Shown: positions 1-9,037, counted from the first letter of the stretch. The stretch is DNA of 64,000 bases from an uncultured Rickettsiales bacterium (GCA_964575095.1 CAZNPA010000002.1:101204-165203); one strand, 5' to 3'. Notes: generated by a model not told the origin, from the letters alone. A program made the numbers and translations.

Positions 1-152
1 GGCCGCTGAAGCGCGCCTAATCGTCGCTGGCACTCCTTGCAATGACGATCTCATTGATCTTCCGCCACAAAAAAATCTTCACAAAACTGTAACAATTTCC
101 GCCGCGCGTTTAGATTACAATAAACGGAATTTAATCATTGATGGGGGAGAAC

Positions 153-1046
153 ATGAAAAAAAGAAATATTGAAAGAATTCTAGCGGCCGGCCTTGCCGCC
201 GGTGTAGCGGGAACAGGCAACGCGCAGGCTTCGCCGCCGCCGACCTCGGGTTCGGCTGCGGACAGGCTGCTCGATACGGAAATCAACGAGTCAAAAGTCA
301 AAACCATTACTACCGTTCCCGATGCCGCCAGCGGTTTTAGCGTTACGCTGACGGAGAATGGCGAGTACGTTCTCACGTCTTCTGAAGAGCGTCACTTTGG
401 GGGAGATGCCAAGTTTTTGCTGCGCAACCTGCTTGCCAAGCCTGACTCTGTACCCGCCGCCACTACGAATCCAGACAAGTTTGCCGCTGATTTCGCTGCT
501 GAATTCCAGAAAGGGGACTATCTAACCGCCCTTTTGCCTGACGGTTACAGTATTATGCTGACGCAGAAGGGCAATTATAGGCTCGCTTTTCCCAGCGGGG
601 ATTATATTGACGGAGATTTAAAAAACTTGCTCGCGCACCTCACTTCCAAAGCTGCTCAGGCCTCGACTGCCTATGAGCGTAAAAACCCCCAATATAATAG
701 CCTTCCCCGTACTGAATACCCTCAGGGCACTGACGCAACATCGCCTGCCAAATCATATAAATCAGGGGATGATGGTTTGATGAGCACCGTAGTTTCCAGA
801 TCCCTGTGGGAAGAAATAGATAAGAAAAAGCAGCGGGGTATGGATGAAATGGCTAAAGCCGCTTTAGAAAAGGCCAGAGAAAGAGAAGAAGAAAGAGTGA
901 AAGATAAGGACGCAGGCTTTAGAGACGGGTTAATTGGAGGTGCTGCGGCTGGCGGTGTCGTCGGTATGGGAGTTACTTCTGCTGTGGCGGTTTATTTACG
1001 GCGCAAAGAAAAAGAAGCAGAAGACAACGAACCAAAGCGCGGTTAG
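153..1046 (+). CDS. Hypothetical exported/membrane-anchored protein (ORFan-like)
   Basis: ORF 138..1046; likely start ATG 153 after GGGGGAG. N-terminal signal-like segment (ILAAGLAAGVAGTGNAQA) and Gly-rich C-terminal hydrophobic helix followed by RRKEK. No family motif recognised. Confidence 0.75.
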   Translation: MKKRNIERILAAGLAAGVAGTGNAQASPPPTSGSAADRLLDTEINESKVKTITTVPDAASGFSVTLTENGEYVLTSSEERHFGGDAKFLLRNLLAKPDSVPAATTNPDKFAADFAAEFQKGDYLTALLPDGYSIMLTQKGNYRLAFPSGDYIDGDLKNLLAHLTSKAAQASTAYERKNPQYNSLPRTEYPQGTDATSPAKSYKSGDDGLMSTVVSRSLWEEIDKKKQRGMDEMAKAALEKAREREEERVKDKDAGFRDGLIGGAAAGGVVGMGVTSAVAVYLRRKEKEAEDNEPKRG

Positions 1047-1054
1047 TTTTACGT

Positions 1055-1112
1055 ACCAGACCCTGCCACCTGACTACGCCGAGGCTTCGCCAAGGCAGGT
1101 TCGGCGGGGCTG
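1055..1112. repeat. REP-like half element (family C) carrying a 31-nt nested mini-palindrome
   Basis: accagaccctgcca-[cctgactacgccgaggcttcgccaaggcagg]-ttcggcggggct matches 4452-4478 (accagaccccgcca|ttcggtggggata) once the insert at 1069-1099 is removed. Confidence 0.7.
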
Positions 1113-1937
1113 ACCTCTGGTAATCACCTTATCTCCTGCATCCAGCGCCCCATCGGCGATCAGCGGCATCTTTTTCACTTTCTCATAAATCGGCGCGAAG
1201 TCGGGCAGGGTTTCGTCGAAGAGTTGCTTAAAACTATCGATGACGAAATAGGTTTTCTGTACGTCGTCGATGCGGTAGTCGCTGCGCATGATGCGCTCCA
1301 AATCGAATTTCACGCGATTGGGAACCGGACTTTCCAGGCAGTACTGCGATTCCTTATACGACGATACGATGCCGGAGCCGTAGATGCGCAGTCCTTCCGG
1401 TGAATTGATGAGGCCGAACTCGACGGTGAACCAATAAAGCCGCTCGATTTCCTTGTCGGCATCGAGCCTATTCGCCTTCATTGCGCCCTTGCCCCATTGC
1501 TCCATGTAATCGGCGTAGACGGGAAGCGCCAGCATCGGCACGTGGCCGAACAGGTCGTGAAAAATGTCCGGCTCCTGCAGGTAGTCCATCTTGGCCGGCT
1601 CGCGTATCCACCACGTCACCGGGAACTGCCGCTTGGCGAGGTGCCCCAGGAACATCGCCGGCGGGATATAGCCCGGCACGGTGACCAGGCGGAAATTGGA
1701 GAGCTTTTGCAGCAGGTCGGAGATGCGCCGCCAGTCGGGAATTTTCTCGGAGCCGGTGACGATGCCGAGCTTCTCGATGGATTCCAGATATTCCCTGCAG
1801 GCGCGGTTCTTCAGGAGCGGTTTCTGCCGTGTACACAGCTTGTTCCACATCGCATGGTCGGCCTCGGTGTATTGCGCCGGATCGAAATCGAACGTGAAAT
1901 CTTCCCGCATTCCCGGCGGATGTTCATCAGCGCGCAT
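1074..1937 (-). CDS. phhA: Phenylalanine 4-hydroxylase
   Basis: Motifs EPDIFHDLFGHVP, RLYWFTVEFGL, IYGSGIVSS. Start ATG 1937 preceded by AAGGAGG. Confidence 0.95.
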   Translation of the reverse strand: MRADEHPPGMREDFTFDFDPAQYTEADHAMWNKLCTRQKPLLKNRACREYLESIEKLGIVTGSEKIPDWRRISDLLQKLSNFRLVTVPGYIPPAMFLGHLAKRQFPVTWWIREPAKMDYLQEPDIFHDLFGHVPMLALPVYADYMEQWGKGAMKANRLDADKEIERLYWFTVEFGLINSPEGLRIYGSGIVSSYKESQYCLESPVPNRVKFDLERIMRSDYRIDDVQKTYFVIDSFKQLFDETLPDFAPIYEKVKKMPLIADGALDAGDKVITRGQPRRTCLGEASA

Positions 1938-1992
1938 GAGTAGCCTCCTTGACTCATTGATTATAACGCGGCTTGATGTTAAATGCCAAGCC

Positions 1993-2415
1993 ATGAAAAT
2001 CGTTGAACTGAAAACCCTGCCCGATCTGCGGCGCATCTATCCGCTGATTAAGCAGCTTAATCCGAAGCTATCCAAGGCGCAGTTTAACGCCCGGCTCAAG
2101 GAGATGCTGGCGGCGGATTATCGTTGCATAGCGGCGGTGGAAGGCGCTAAAATTCTTGGCGTCGCTGGTTTCTGGATCTTCACGCGTTTCTGGTGCGGCC
2201 GTTACATCGAGCCCGATAACGTGGTGGTGGACAAGAAACTCAGAAGCCGCGGCGTCGGCAAAAAACTGATGGTGTGGATCGAGGCCGAGGCCAAGCGGCA
2301 AAAATGCGATATACTGTATTTGACGGCGTACACTCACAATCACGCGTCGCACCGGTTTTATTTGCGCGAGCGATATATTGTTAGAGGTTTTGTTTTTACT
2401 AAGGAGCTACCATGA
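1993..2415 (+). CDS. GNAT family N-acetyltransferase
   Basis: GNAT motif A (VVDKKLRSRGVGKKLM) and motif B (N..SHRFY). ATG 1993; ATGA overlap with hppD. Confidence 0.85.
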   Translation: MKIVELKTLPDLRRIYPLIKQLNPKLSKAQFNARLKEMLAADYRCIAAVEGAKILGVAGFWIFTRFWCGRYIEPDNVVVDKKLRSRGVGKKLMVWIEAEAKRQKCDILYLTAYTHNHASHRFYLRERYIVRGFVFTKELP

Positions 2416-3509
2416 CCGCAACCGCCACTCACCACTCGTCACTCGTCACTAATCCCATGGGCACCGACGGCTTCGAGTTCGTCGAATATGCGGCGCTCGA
2501 CCCGAAACCGCTCGAGACATTATTCACGCAGTTGGGCTTTACCAGAATTGCCAAACATAAATCCAAAAACGTGCATCTGTGGCGTCAGGGCGAGGTCAAT
2601 TTCATCCTGAACGCCGAAAAGGACAGCCATGCCGAAGGATTTTACAACGCGCACGGCCCCAGCGCCAACGCCATGGCGTTTCGCGTCAAGGACACGGCGC
2701 AGGCGGTGCGCCACGCGCGGGCGCTCGGCGTTGAGGTCATCGAAAGCAAGATCGGCGCCGAGGAACTGCACATCCCCGCCATCCGCGGCGTCGGCGGCAG
2801 CCTGATTTTTCTCGTCGACCGCTACGGCGACAAAGGCTCGATTTACGACACCGATTTCCTGCCGCTGCCCGGCGTCGACCAGCATCCCAAGGGCGTCGGC
2901 CTCCGATATATCGACCACCTGACGCACAACGTGTTCCGCGGGCAGATGGATACGCTGGCCGGATTCTACGAGAAGATTTTCAACTTCCGCCAGATCCGTT
3001 ATTTCGACATCGAGGGCAAGCTCACGGGATTAGTCAGCCGCGCCATGACGTCGCCTTGCGGTAAAATCCGCATCCCGATCAACGAATCGTCCGACGACAA
3101 ATCGCAGATCGAGGAATTCCTGCGCGAGTACAAGGGCGAGGGCATCCAGCACATCGCGCTCTCGACCGAAGATATTTATAAAACCGTTGAAGGCCTTAAA
3201 AAAACCGGCATTCGGTTCATGGACCCGCCGCCGGAGACCTATTACGCGAATCTCCCTAAGCGCGTGCCGCACAGCAAGGAGGAAATCTCGCGCCTGAAAC
3301 CGCTGGGAATTCTAGTGGACGGCGCGCCGGAATCCAAACCCGGCGCCAACGACGGCGGCATTTTATTGCAAATCTTCACCAGTACCGTCATCGGCCCGAT
3401 CTTTTATGAGATCATCCAGCGCAAAGGTGACGAAGGCTTCGGCGAAGGAAACTTTAAGGCGCTGTTTGAGTCGATTGAGGAAGACCAGGTCAAGCGCGGG
3501 GTGCTCTAA
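2412..3509 (+). CDS. hppD: 4-hydroxyphenylpyruvate dioxygenase
   Basis: NPMGTDGFEFVE, IDHLTHNV, GEGIQHIAL, LLQIFT, FYEIIQRKG..GFGEGNFKALFESIE. Confidence 0.97.
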   Translation: MTATATHHSSLVTNPMGTDGFEFVEYAALDPKPLETLFTQLGFTRIAKHKSKNVHLWRQGEVNFILNAEKDSHAEGFYNAHGPSANAMAFRVKDTAQAVRHARALGVEVIESKIGAEELHIPAIRGVGGSLIFLVDRYGDKGSIYDTDFLPLPGVDQHPKGVGLRYIDHLTHNVFRGQMDTLAGFYEKIFNFRQIRYFDIEGKLTGLVSRAMTSPCGKIRIPINESSDDKSQIEEFLREYKGEGIQHIALSTEDIYKTVEGLKKTGIRFMDPPPETYYANLPKRVPHSKEEISRLKPLGILVDGAPESKPGANDGGILLQIFTSTVIGPIFYEIIQRKGDEGFGEGNFKALFESIEEDQVKRGVL

Positions 3510-3613
3510 CTGTCATCCCGAGCGTAGCGCAGCGGAGTCGAAGGATCTTCGCAAGTCGCAACGATAAAGATCCTTCGGCTTCGGTCTTACGGCCTCCGCT
3601 CAGGATGACAGTT
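3508..3613. repeat. REP-like palindromic element (family A, GTCATCCYGAGC...GAAGGATCT...AGATCCTTC...GCTCAGGATGAC)
   Basis: 17-bp terminal inverted repeats with 1 mismatch (aactgtcatcccgagcg / cgctcaggatgacagtt) plus inner IR cgaaggatct/agatccttcg. Overlaps the stop codons of both hppD and mrp. Confidence 0.9.
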
Positions 3614-4382
3614 GCGCCGCAATCTCCCTATACATTCCGGTACATTTTCCCTGATACATCTTCCCCCCATCCCCCGCCTCGCGTATCGCCGCATCCGCCG
3701 GTATCTCGCCTAAAAAGGGCGCGCTGAATTCGGCGGCGAAATTTTTTCCGCCGCCGCTGCCGAATAATTCCCCGCTCATGTTTTCAACGACGCCTAAAAT
3801 CGGCACATTCACCTTGATGAACATGGCGGCGCATTTGCGCGCGTCGTTTACCGCCACCGCTTGCGGCGTGGTGACGATGATGGCGCCGGTAAGTGGCACC
3901 AGCTGCGCCATGCTCAGATGAATGTCGCCGGTGCCGGGCGGCATGTCGACAATGAGATAATCCAGCGGCGCGTCCGCGGTTCCCCACTGCGTCAGCCGCA
4001 ATAGCTGCTGCAAGGTTTTGCTGATCATCGGCCCCCTGAATACCGCCGCCTGGTCAGTAATGAACCCCAGCGACATGCATTTGACGCCATAATTCTCCAG
4101 CGGGATCATCTGACCATTTTGGAAATCCGGCTTTCCTTTCAGGGAAAGCATGTGCGGAATGCTGGGCCCATAAATATCGGCATCGAGCAATCCGGCGCGT
4201 TTCCCCGATTGCGCCAGCGCCAGCGCGAGGTTCACCGCCGTCGTCGATTTGCCGACGCCGCCCTTGCCGGAGGCGACGGCGATGATTTTTCTGACATGCG
4301 GCAGCGGCTCGCGGTTCCATACCGCCGGTTTTCTTGCTGCTATCCCCGCACTTGTTGCGGGGTCTGGTTTGTTAGGCAACAT
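3600..4382 (-). CDS. mrp: Mrp/ApbC (NBP35 family) Fe-S cluster carrier ATPase, lacking the N-terminal DUF59-type domain
   Basis: IIAVASGKGGVGKST, LLDADIYGPS, DYLIVDMPPGTGD, VTTPQ, GVVENMS. Start uncertain (ATG 4382 chosen). Confidence 0.9.
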   Translation of the reverse strand: MLPNKPDPATSAGIAARKPAVWNREPLPHVRKIIAVASGKGGVGKSTTAVNLALALAQSGKRAGLLDADIYGPSIPHMLSLKGKPDFQNGQMIPLENYGVKCMSLGFITDQAAVFRGPMISKTLQQLLRLTQWGTADAPLDYLIVDMPPGTGDIHLSMAQLVPLTGAIIVTTPQAVAVNDARKCAAMFIKVNVPILGVVENMSGELFGSGGGKNFAAEFSAPFLGEIPADAAIREAGDGGKMYQGKCTGMYREIAAQLSS

Positions 4383-4479
4383 GGTTAGCAACTCATTGCT
4401 TGAAAATTTCTCTTGTGTATTCCTATATCTATAGCAGCATGTCTTAAAGATACCAGACCCCGCCATTCGGTGGGGATAG
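4340..4479. repeat. Pair of inverted family-C half elements (4341-4367 and 4452-4479)
   Basis: tatccccgcacttgttgcggggtctgg (4341-4367) is the exact reverse complement of 41241-41267. Right half accagaccccgccattcggtggggatag. Confidence 0.85.
4399..4428 (+). promoter_or_regulatory. RpoH (sigma32)-type promoter for hflKC
   Basis: CTTGAA-N17-CCTATAT, matching the alphaproteobacterial RpoH consensus, upstream of protease-quality-control genes. Confidence 0.65.
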
Positions 4480-4488
4480 GAGTAATAA

Positions 4489-5613
4489 ATGGCCTGGGGC
4501 GATAAAGGAGATTGGAACGACGGCGGCCCGTGGGGGAAGCCTTCTGGCGGGCGCGCGCCGGAGGAGCCGCCGTTTGGTGGCGGCGGTCCGACGCCGCAAG
4601 GCCCGGATTTCGACGCGTGGCTGAAAAAAGGCCAGGACACCTACCAGAAATTATTTGGTGGCGGCGAAGGCGGCAAGGGCATCGCGCTTTTGGTGGTGAT
4701 CGGCGCGCTGCTGTGGCTTAGCTCCGGCATTTATTTCGTTGGCGCCGATGAGCAGGGCGTGGTGCAGCGCTTCGGCGCCTATCACCGCACGGTCAGCTCC
4801 GGCCTTAATTACCACCTGCCTTATCCCATGGAGTCGGCGAAAACGCCGCGCGTTACCGTCGTCAATCGCGCTGAGATCGGCTTCCGCTCAGGCGGCTACG
4901 CGCGCAGCAAGGGCGCCGACGGCTCGGTGGCCGAAGAGAGCCTGATGCTGACTGGCGACGAGAACATCGTCGACGTCAATTTCGAGGTGCAGTGGAAAAT
5001 CATGAACGCGCCGAATTTCCTGTTCAACGTGCGCGATCCGGAGGATACGGTGAAAGCCGTGGCCGAAAGCGCCATGCGTGAGGTCGTCGGGCAAACCGAA
5101 ATCGCCACCATCCTCGCCGAAGGTAAACTTGCGGTCGAGCAGGATGCGAAAAAACTGATACAGGCGACGCTGGATAGTTACAAAGCCGGCATCGAAGTGG
5201 TGACGGTCAATCTGCTCAAGGCCGACCCGCCGGCGCAGGTGATCGACGCTTTCCGCGACGTGCAGACGGCGCGCGCCGACATGGAAACCGCGCGCAATCA
5301 GGCGGAAGCCTATAGGAACGATATCCTGCCGCGCGCCCGCGGTGATGCGCAGAAAATGGTCTTGGATGCTGAGGCGTACAAGCAGGAAGTGGTCGCCCGC
5401 GCGCAGGGCGAGGCGGCGCGGTTCTCGTCGGTCTATAACCAGTTCCGGCAGGCCAGGGACGTCACCAAGAAACGCATTTATCTGGAAACGATGGAAGAAA
5501 TTTTACAGGGCATGAACAAGATTATCGTCGAGGGCAAGAACACGCAGGGCGTGGTGCCGTACCTGCCGCTGCCGGAGATTAAAAATAAATCCGTCGAGGA
5601 GACCCCTAAATGA
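4489..5613 (+). CDS. hflK: FtsH protease modulator HflK
   Basis: N-terminal GPWG motif, SPFH domain (LMLTGDENIVDV, AESAMREVVG), VIDAFRDVQ; paired with hflC. Confidence 0.96.
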   Translation: MAWGDKGDWNDGGPWGKPSGGRAPEEPPFGGGGPTPQGPDFDAWLKKGQDTYQKLFGGGEGGKGIALLVVIGALLWLSSGIYFVGADEQGVVQRFGAYHRTVSSGLNYHLPYPMESAKTPRVTVVNRAEIGFRSGGYARSKGADGSVAEESLMLTGDENIVDVNFEVQWKIMNAPNFLFNVRDPEDTVKAVAESAMREVVGQTEIATILAEGKLAVEQDAKKLIQATLDSYKAGIEVVTVNLLKADPPAQVIDAFRDVQTARADMETARNQAEAYRNDILPRARGDAQKMVLDAEAYKQEVVARAQGEAARFSSVYNQFRQARDVTKKRIYLETMEEILQGMNKIIVEGKNTQGVVPYLPLPEIKNKSVEETPK

Positions 5614-6497
5614 AATGGCTTCTTGGCATAGGCGTGCTTGCCCTCTTTGTTGTCGCCAACACGGTGTTTATCGTCGACCAGACCGAACAGGCGCTGATAC
5701 TGCAATTCGGGAAACCGGTGCGCGTGATCGAGCAGCCGGGGCTGCAGTTCAAAACGCCGTTCGTGCAGAACGTCGAGTTTTACGACAAGCGCCTGCTTGA
5801 TTTCGACGCCGAGTCGAAGGAAGTCATCGCCGCCGACCAGAAGCGCCTTTTGGTCGACGCGTTCGTGCGTTACCGCATCACCGACCCGCTCAAGTTCAAG
5901 CAGACGGTGGCCGATGAACGCACGATGAAAAGCCGCCTCAATTCGATCTTGGAATCGAGTTTACGGCAGGTATTAGGCAGCGTGCCGCTGTCGGCGGTGA
6001 TATCGGAAAAACGGCCGGAGATCATGCAGAGCATCCGCGCGCTGGTAAACCAGCAGGCGATGGGGGCGGCGGCCGGCGATAAAGAAAATGTGCGCGGTTT
6101 CGGCATCGAGGTCGTTGACGTGCGCATCAAGCGCGCCGATTTGCCGCCGGCCAACTCGGAAGGCATCTATAAGCGCATGCAGACCGAGCGCGAGCGTCAG
6201 GCCAAGGAATTCCGTGCCCGCGGCGCCGAGGACGCGCAGAAAATCCGCTCGCAGGCCGACAAGGAACGCACGATTCTGCTGGCCGATGCGAAGAAAACCG
6301 CCGAGACGACGCGCGGCGAAGGCGATGGACTGGCCGGCAAGATTTTTGCCGATGCCTTCGGTCAGGACCAGGATTTCTACCAGTTCTACCGCACGATGCA
6401 GGCCTACAAGAAAACCCTGATGGGCAAGGACACAACCATGATTCTTTCGCCCGACAGCGAATTTTTCAAGCTGTTGGACAAGGGTGGGGAACGTTAA
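5610..6497 (+). CDS. hflC: FtsH protease modulator HflC
   Basis: ALILQFGKPVR, KRLLVDAFVRYRI, IEVVDVRIKRADLP, RMQTERER, FYRTMQAY. Confidence 0.96.
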   Translation: MKWLLGIGVLALFVVANTVFIVDQTEQALILQFGKPVRVIEQPGLQFKTPFVQNVEFYDKRLLDFDAESKEVIAADQKRLLVDAFVRYRITDPLKFKQTVADERTMKSRLNSILESSLRQVLGSVPLSAVISEKRPEIMQSIRALVNQQAMGAAAGDKENVRGFGIEVVDVRIKRADLPPANSEGIYKRMQTERERQAKEFRARGAEDAQKIRSQADKERTILLADAKKTAETTRGEGDGLAGKIFADAFGQDQDFYQFYRTMQAYKKTLMGKDTTMILSPDSEFFKLLDKGGER

Positions 6498-6526
6498 TTT
6501 TAGCTCCTCCCTACGGGGGAGGGGAC

Positions 6527-6556
6527 TTGATAACCCGCATTGAGTTTTTATATAAT
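6527..6556 (+). promoter_or_regulatory. sigma70-type promoter for degP
   Basis: TTGATA-N18-TATAAT. Confidence 0.5.
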
Positions 6557-6592
6557 ACTGTCAGTGGTCATTCTTTTGAAATAGGATCTCGT

Positions 6593-8044
6593 ATGACGTT
6601 GCTTCGCCGTATACTGATTGCCGCCGTGATCGCATTGCCACTGACCGTTCTGGCGCAGCCGATGCCGGAGAGTTTCGCCGACCTGGTCGAGAAGTTGTCG
6701 CCGGCGGTGGTCAATATCTCGACGGCGCAGAAAGTGAAAAGTGCCCAGGCCCAACTCGGCATGCCGTTTCAGGAATTGCCGAATACGCCGGAAATGGAGC
6801 CGTTCCGCCAGTTTTTTGAGCGCTTCGGCCAGATGCAGGGGCAGCCGCAGGAGCGCGAGGTCTATTCGCTGGGCTCGGGCTTCGTCGTCGACCCTAAAGG
6901 CTACGTCATTACCAATAACCACGTCATCGACGACGCCGATGACATCACGGTGACGTTTCCCGACAACGCCAAATACAAAGCCAAGGTCGTCGGCCGCGAC
7001 GCCAAGACCGACCTAGCGCTCTTAAAAATCGACGCCAAGAAAGATTTACCTTCGGTGACGTTCGGCGATTCCGACGCCATGCGCGTCGGCGACTGGGTGA
7101 TCGCCATCGGCAACCCGTACGGCTTGGGCGGCACGGTGACGCAGGGCATCATCTCGGCGCGCGCCCGCTCGATCAACGCCGGGCCGTTCGACGATTTCCT
7201 GCAGACCGACGCGCCGATCAACCGCGGCAATTCCGGTGGCCCGCTGTTTAACATCAGGGGCGAGGTCATCGGCATCAACTCCGCCATCTTCTCGCCGTCG
7301 GGCGGTTCGATCGGCATCGGCTTTGCCATACCGGCGGCGCTGGCGCGGCCGGTCATCGACCAGCTCAAGAAGGAAGGCCGCGTGCATCGCGGCTGGCTGG
7401 GCGTTAAAATCCAAGAGGTGTCGGAAGAAGTGGCGGATAGCGTCGGCTTGCAAAAATCCGCCGGCGCGCTGGTGCTCGAAGTCACCCCCGGCAGTCCGGC
7501 GGCAAAGGCTGGACTCATGGCCGGTGATGTCATTACCGCCTTTAACGGCAAGGAAATAAAAGAGATGCGGAACCTGCCGCGTCTGGTGGCTGACGCCAAA
7601 ATCGGAAGTATGGTGCAGCTCACCTACTGGCGCAAGAACGCGTTGCACACGGCCGAGATCGGCGTTGCCGAAATGACTGACGATTCCGGCGTGGGCGAGA
7701 AACCGCGCGGTCAGAAAAAATTAAAAGAAGGCAAGCCGGAACCTTTCATGCTCGGCATGGCGCTCTCGCCGCTCACGCCTGAATTGCGTCAGGAGTTGCA
7801 GCTTGGTAAGAGTGTCACCGGTGTTGTCGTTACCGAAATCGCATCCGGGTCCGAAGCGGCAAAGCGCGGCATCCAGCCCGGCTACGTCATCATCGACGTC
7901 AACGGCGAAAAGGTAACGACTGCCGCCGAGTTCAAGAGCGCCTTCGACGCTGCCCGCAAGGCCGGCCGCAAATTCGCGCTGGTACGAGTGCTGCACGGCA
8001 AGGACGAGGCGTTGATCACGCTGCCGACGTCGGAAGAAAAGTAA
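6593..8044 (+). CDS. degP: Do/DegQ family periplasmic serine protease with two PDZ domains
   Basis: GSGF, TNNHV, DLALLK, QTDAPINRGNSGGPL, signal peptide, PDZ regions. Start ATG 6593. Confidence 0.95.
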   Translation: MTLLRRILIAAVIALPLTVLAQPMPESFADLVEKLSPAVVNISTAQKVKSAQAQLGMPFQELPNTPEMEPFRQFFERFGQMQGQPQEREVYSLGSGFVVDPKGYVITNNHVIDDADDITVTFPDNAKYKAKVVGRDAKTDLALLKIDAKKDLPSVTFGDSDAMRVGDWVIAIGNPYGLGGTVTQGIISARARSINAGPFDDFLQTDAPINRGNSGGPLFNIRGEVIGINSAIFSPSGGSIGIGFAIPAALARPVIDQLKKEGRVHRGWLGVKIQEVSEEVADSVGLQKSAGALVLEVTPGSPAAKAGLMAGDVITAFNGKEIKEMRNLPRLVADAKIGSMVQLTYWRKNALHTAEIGVAEMTDDSGVGEKPRGQKKLKEGKPEPFMLGMALSPLTPELRQELQLGKSVTGVVVTEIASGSEAAKRGIQPGYVIIDVNGEKVTTAAEFKSAFDAARKAGRKFALVRVLHGKDEALITLPTSEEK

Positions 8045-9037
8045 TTAGGCGCGACCCGGTTGCGCTGCTGCGGAGGCTCTTTCCTCGGCCAGCTGAGCGG
8101 TGTGATGTCCGACCACCGGTTTTTCCGCGCCGGTTTTTGGGCCATAAATTTCATTCATGGTCTGGTCGATTTCCGGCTGCATTGCAGCATCAATCTGGCG
8201 GTTCTTATACCGCTGGTACAGATAGCCGCCTATTCCGGCTGCCGCCATGGTCGCCACCATCAGTGCTTTGCCGGACCCCTGCAGTTCCTTGAAGACGCGG
8301 ATGGGCGCGGCCAGTACGCCCTTGATGCCGCCTTTCCCGAATACTCTGCTGGCGGTGCTCGCCTCGGCAACTGCGTGCTCTGCTTCTTTCACAACTCCGG
8401 GGCTTACGATATCCAGCGCCTTTTTAGATGCCGGCGCTACTTGCCCCATCGCTTTTTCGGCCATTTCCACGGCGCGAATTTTTGACGAACGCATTGCGTG
8501 GAGAGCTTCCTCCCTTGCCGCGACCGCCGCGTCAATGGTCTCTTGCGGCAGGCGTTGTCCATGCTGGTCGAATAATTTCACCGGAGGCAAATCGATTGTT
8601 TCTGCGCTGATGACGTGTTCGGGGTTCGTAAGCGCTGCTTTTAAATGATCTGCGACGTGGTTTTCCGTTTCGTGCATGGCCATCGCGTCCATCTCATTGC
8701 CGCTCATTAAAAACTCCGGTTTATCCCCATTGTTCATGCGATCTGCGGCGGATTTTTCGACGGGAATCTTCCGGCGCTTTGCCTGTGCCGCCGCGATGGC
8801 CTCGAACCCGTCCATTCCCGTGGTTTTCTGGATGTTGTCGGCGGCGGTTTTTACGGTCTTTACGCTGCCGCCCAGCAGCTTGATGACATAGCCGGTGGCG
8901 AAAAGATAAGCGCCGCCAATAGCCGCTGACACGCCTGAGAGCGCTTGCGTAAATATATTGGTGGTGGCGTCGATCTTGCCGACAAGCCGTTCTGCTTCCG
9001 CTCTGCTTGCTTTCGGTGAATCTTGACTTTCGGCCAT
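8045..9037 (-). CDS. Hypothetical protein with two Gly/Ala-rich hydrophobic helices
   Basis: 330-aa ORF with RBS-like GGGGA upstream; fills the degP-serB gap; no family motif recognised. Confidence 0.75.
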   Translation of the reverse strand: MAESQDSPKASRAEAERLVGKIDATTNIFTQALSGVSAAIGGAYLFATGYVIKLLGGSVKTVKTAADNIQKTTGMDGFEAIAAAQAKRRKIPVEKSAADRMNNGDKPEFLMSGNEMDAMAMHETENHVADHLKAALTNPEHVISAETIDLPPVKLFDQHGQRLPQETIDAAVAAREEALHAMRSSKIRAVEMAEKAMGQVAPASKKALDIVSPGVVKEAEHAVAEASTASRVFGKGGIKGVLAAPIRVFKELQGSGKALMVATMAAAGIGGYLYQRYKNRQIDAAMQPEIDQTMNEIYGPKTGAEKPVVGHHTAQLAEERASAAAQPGRA

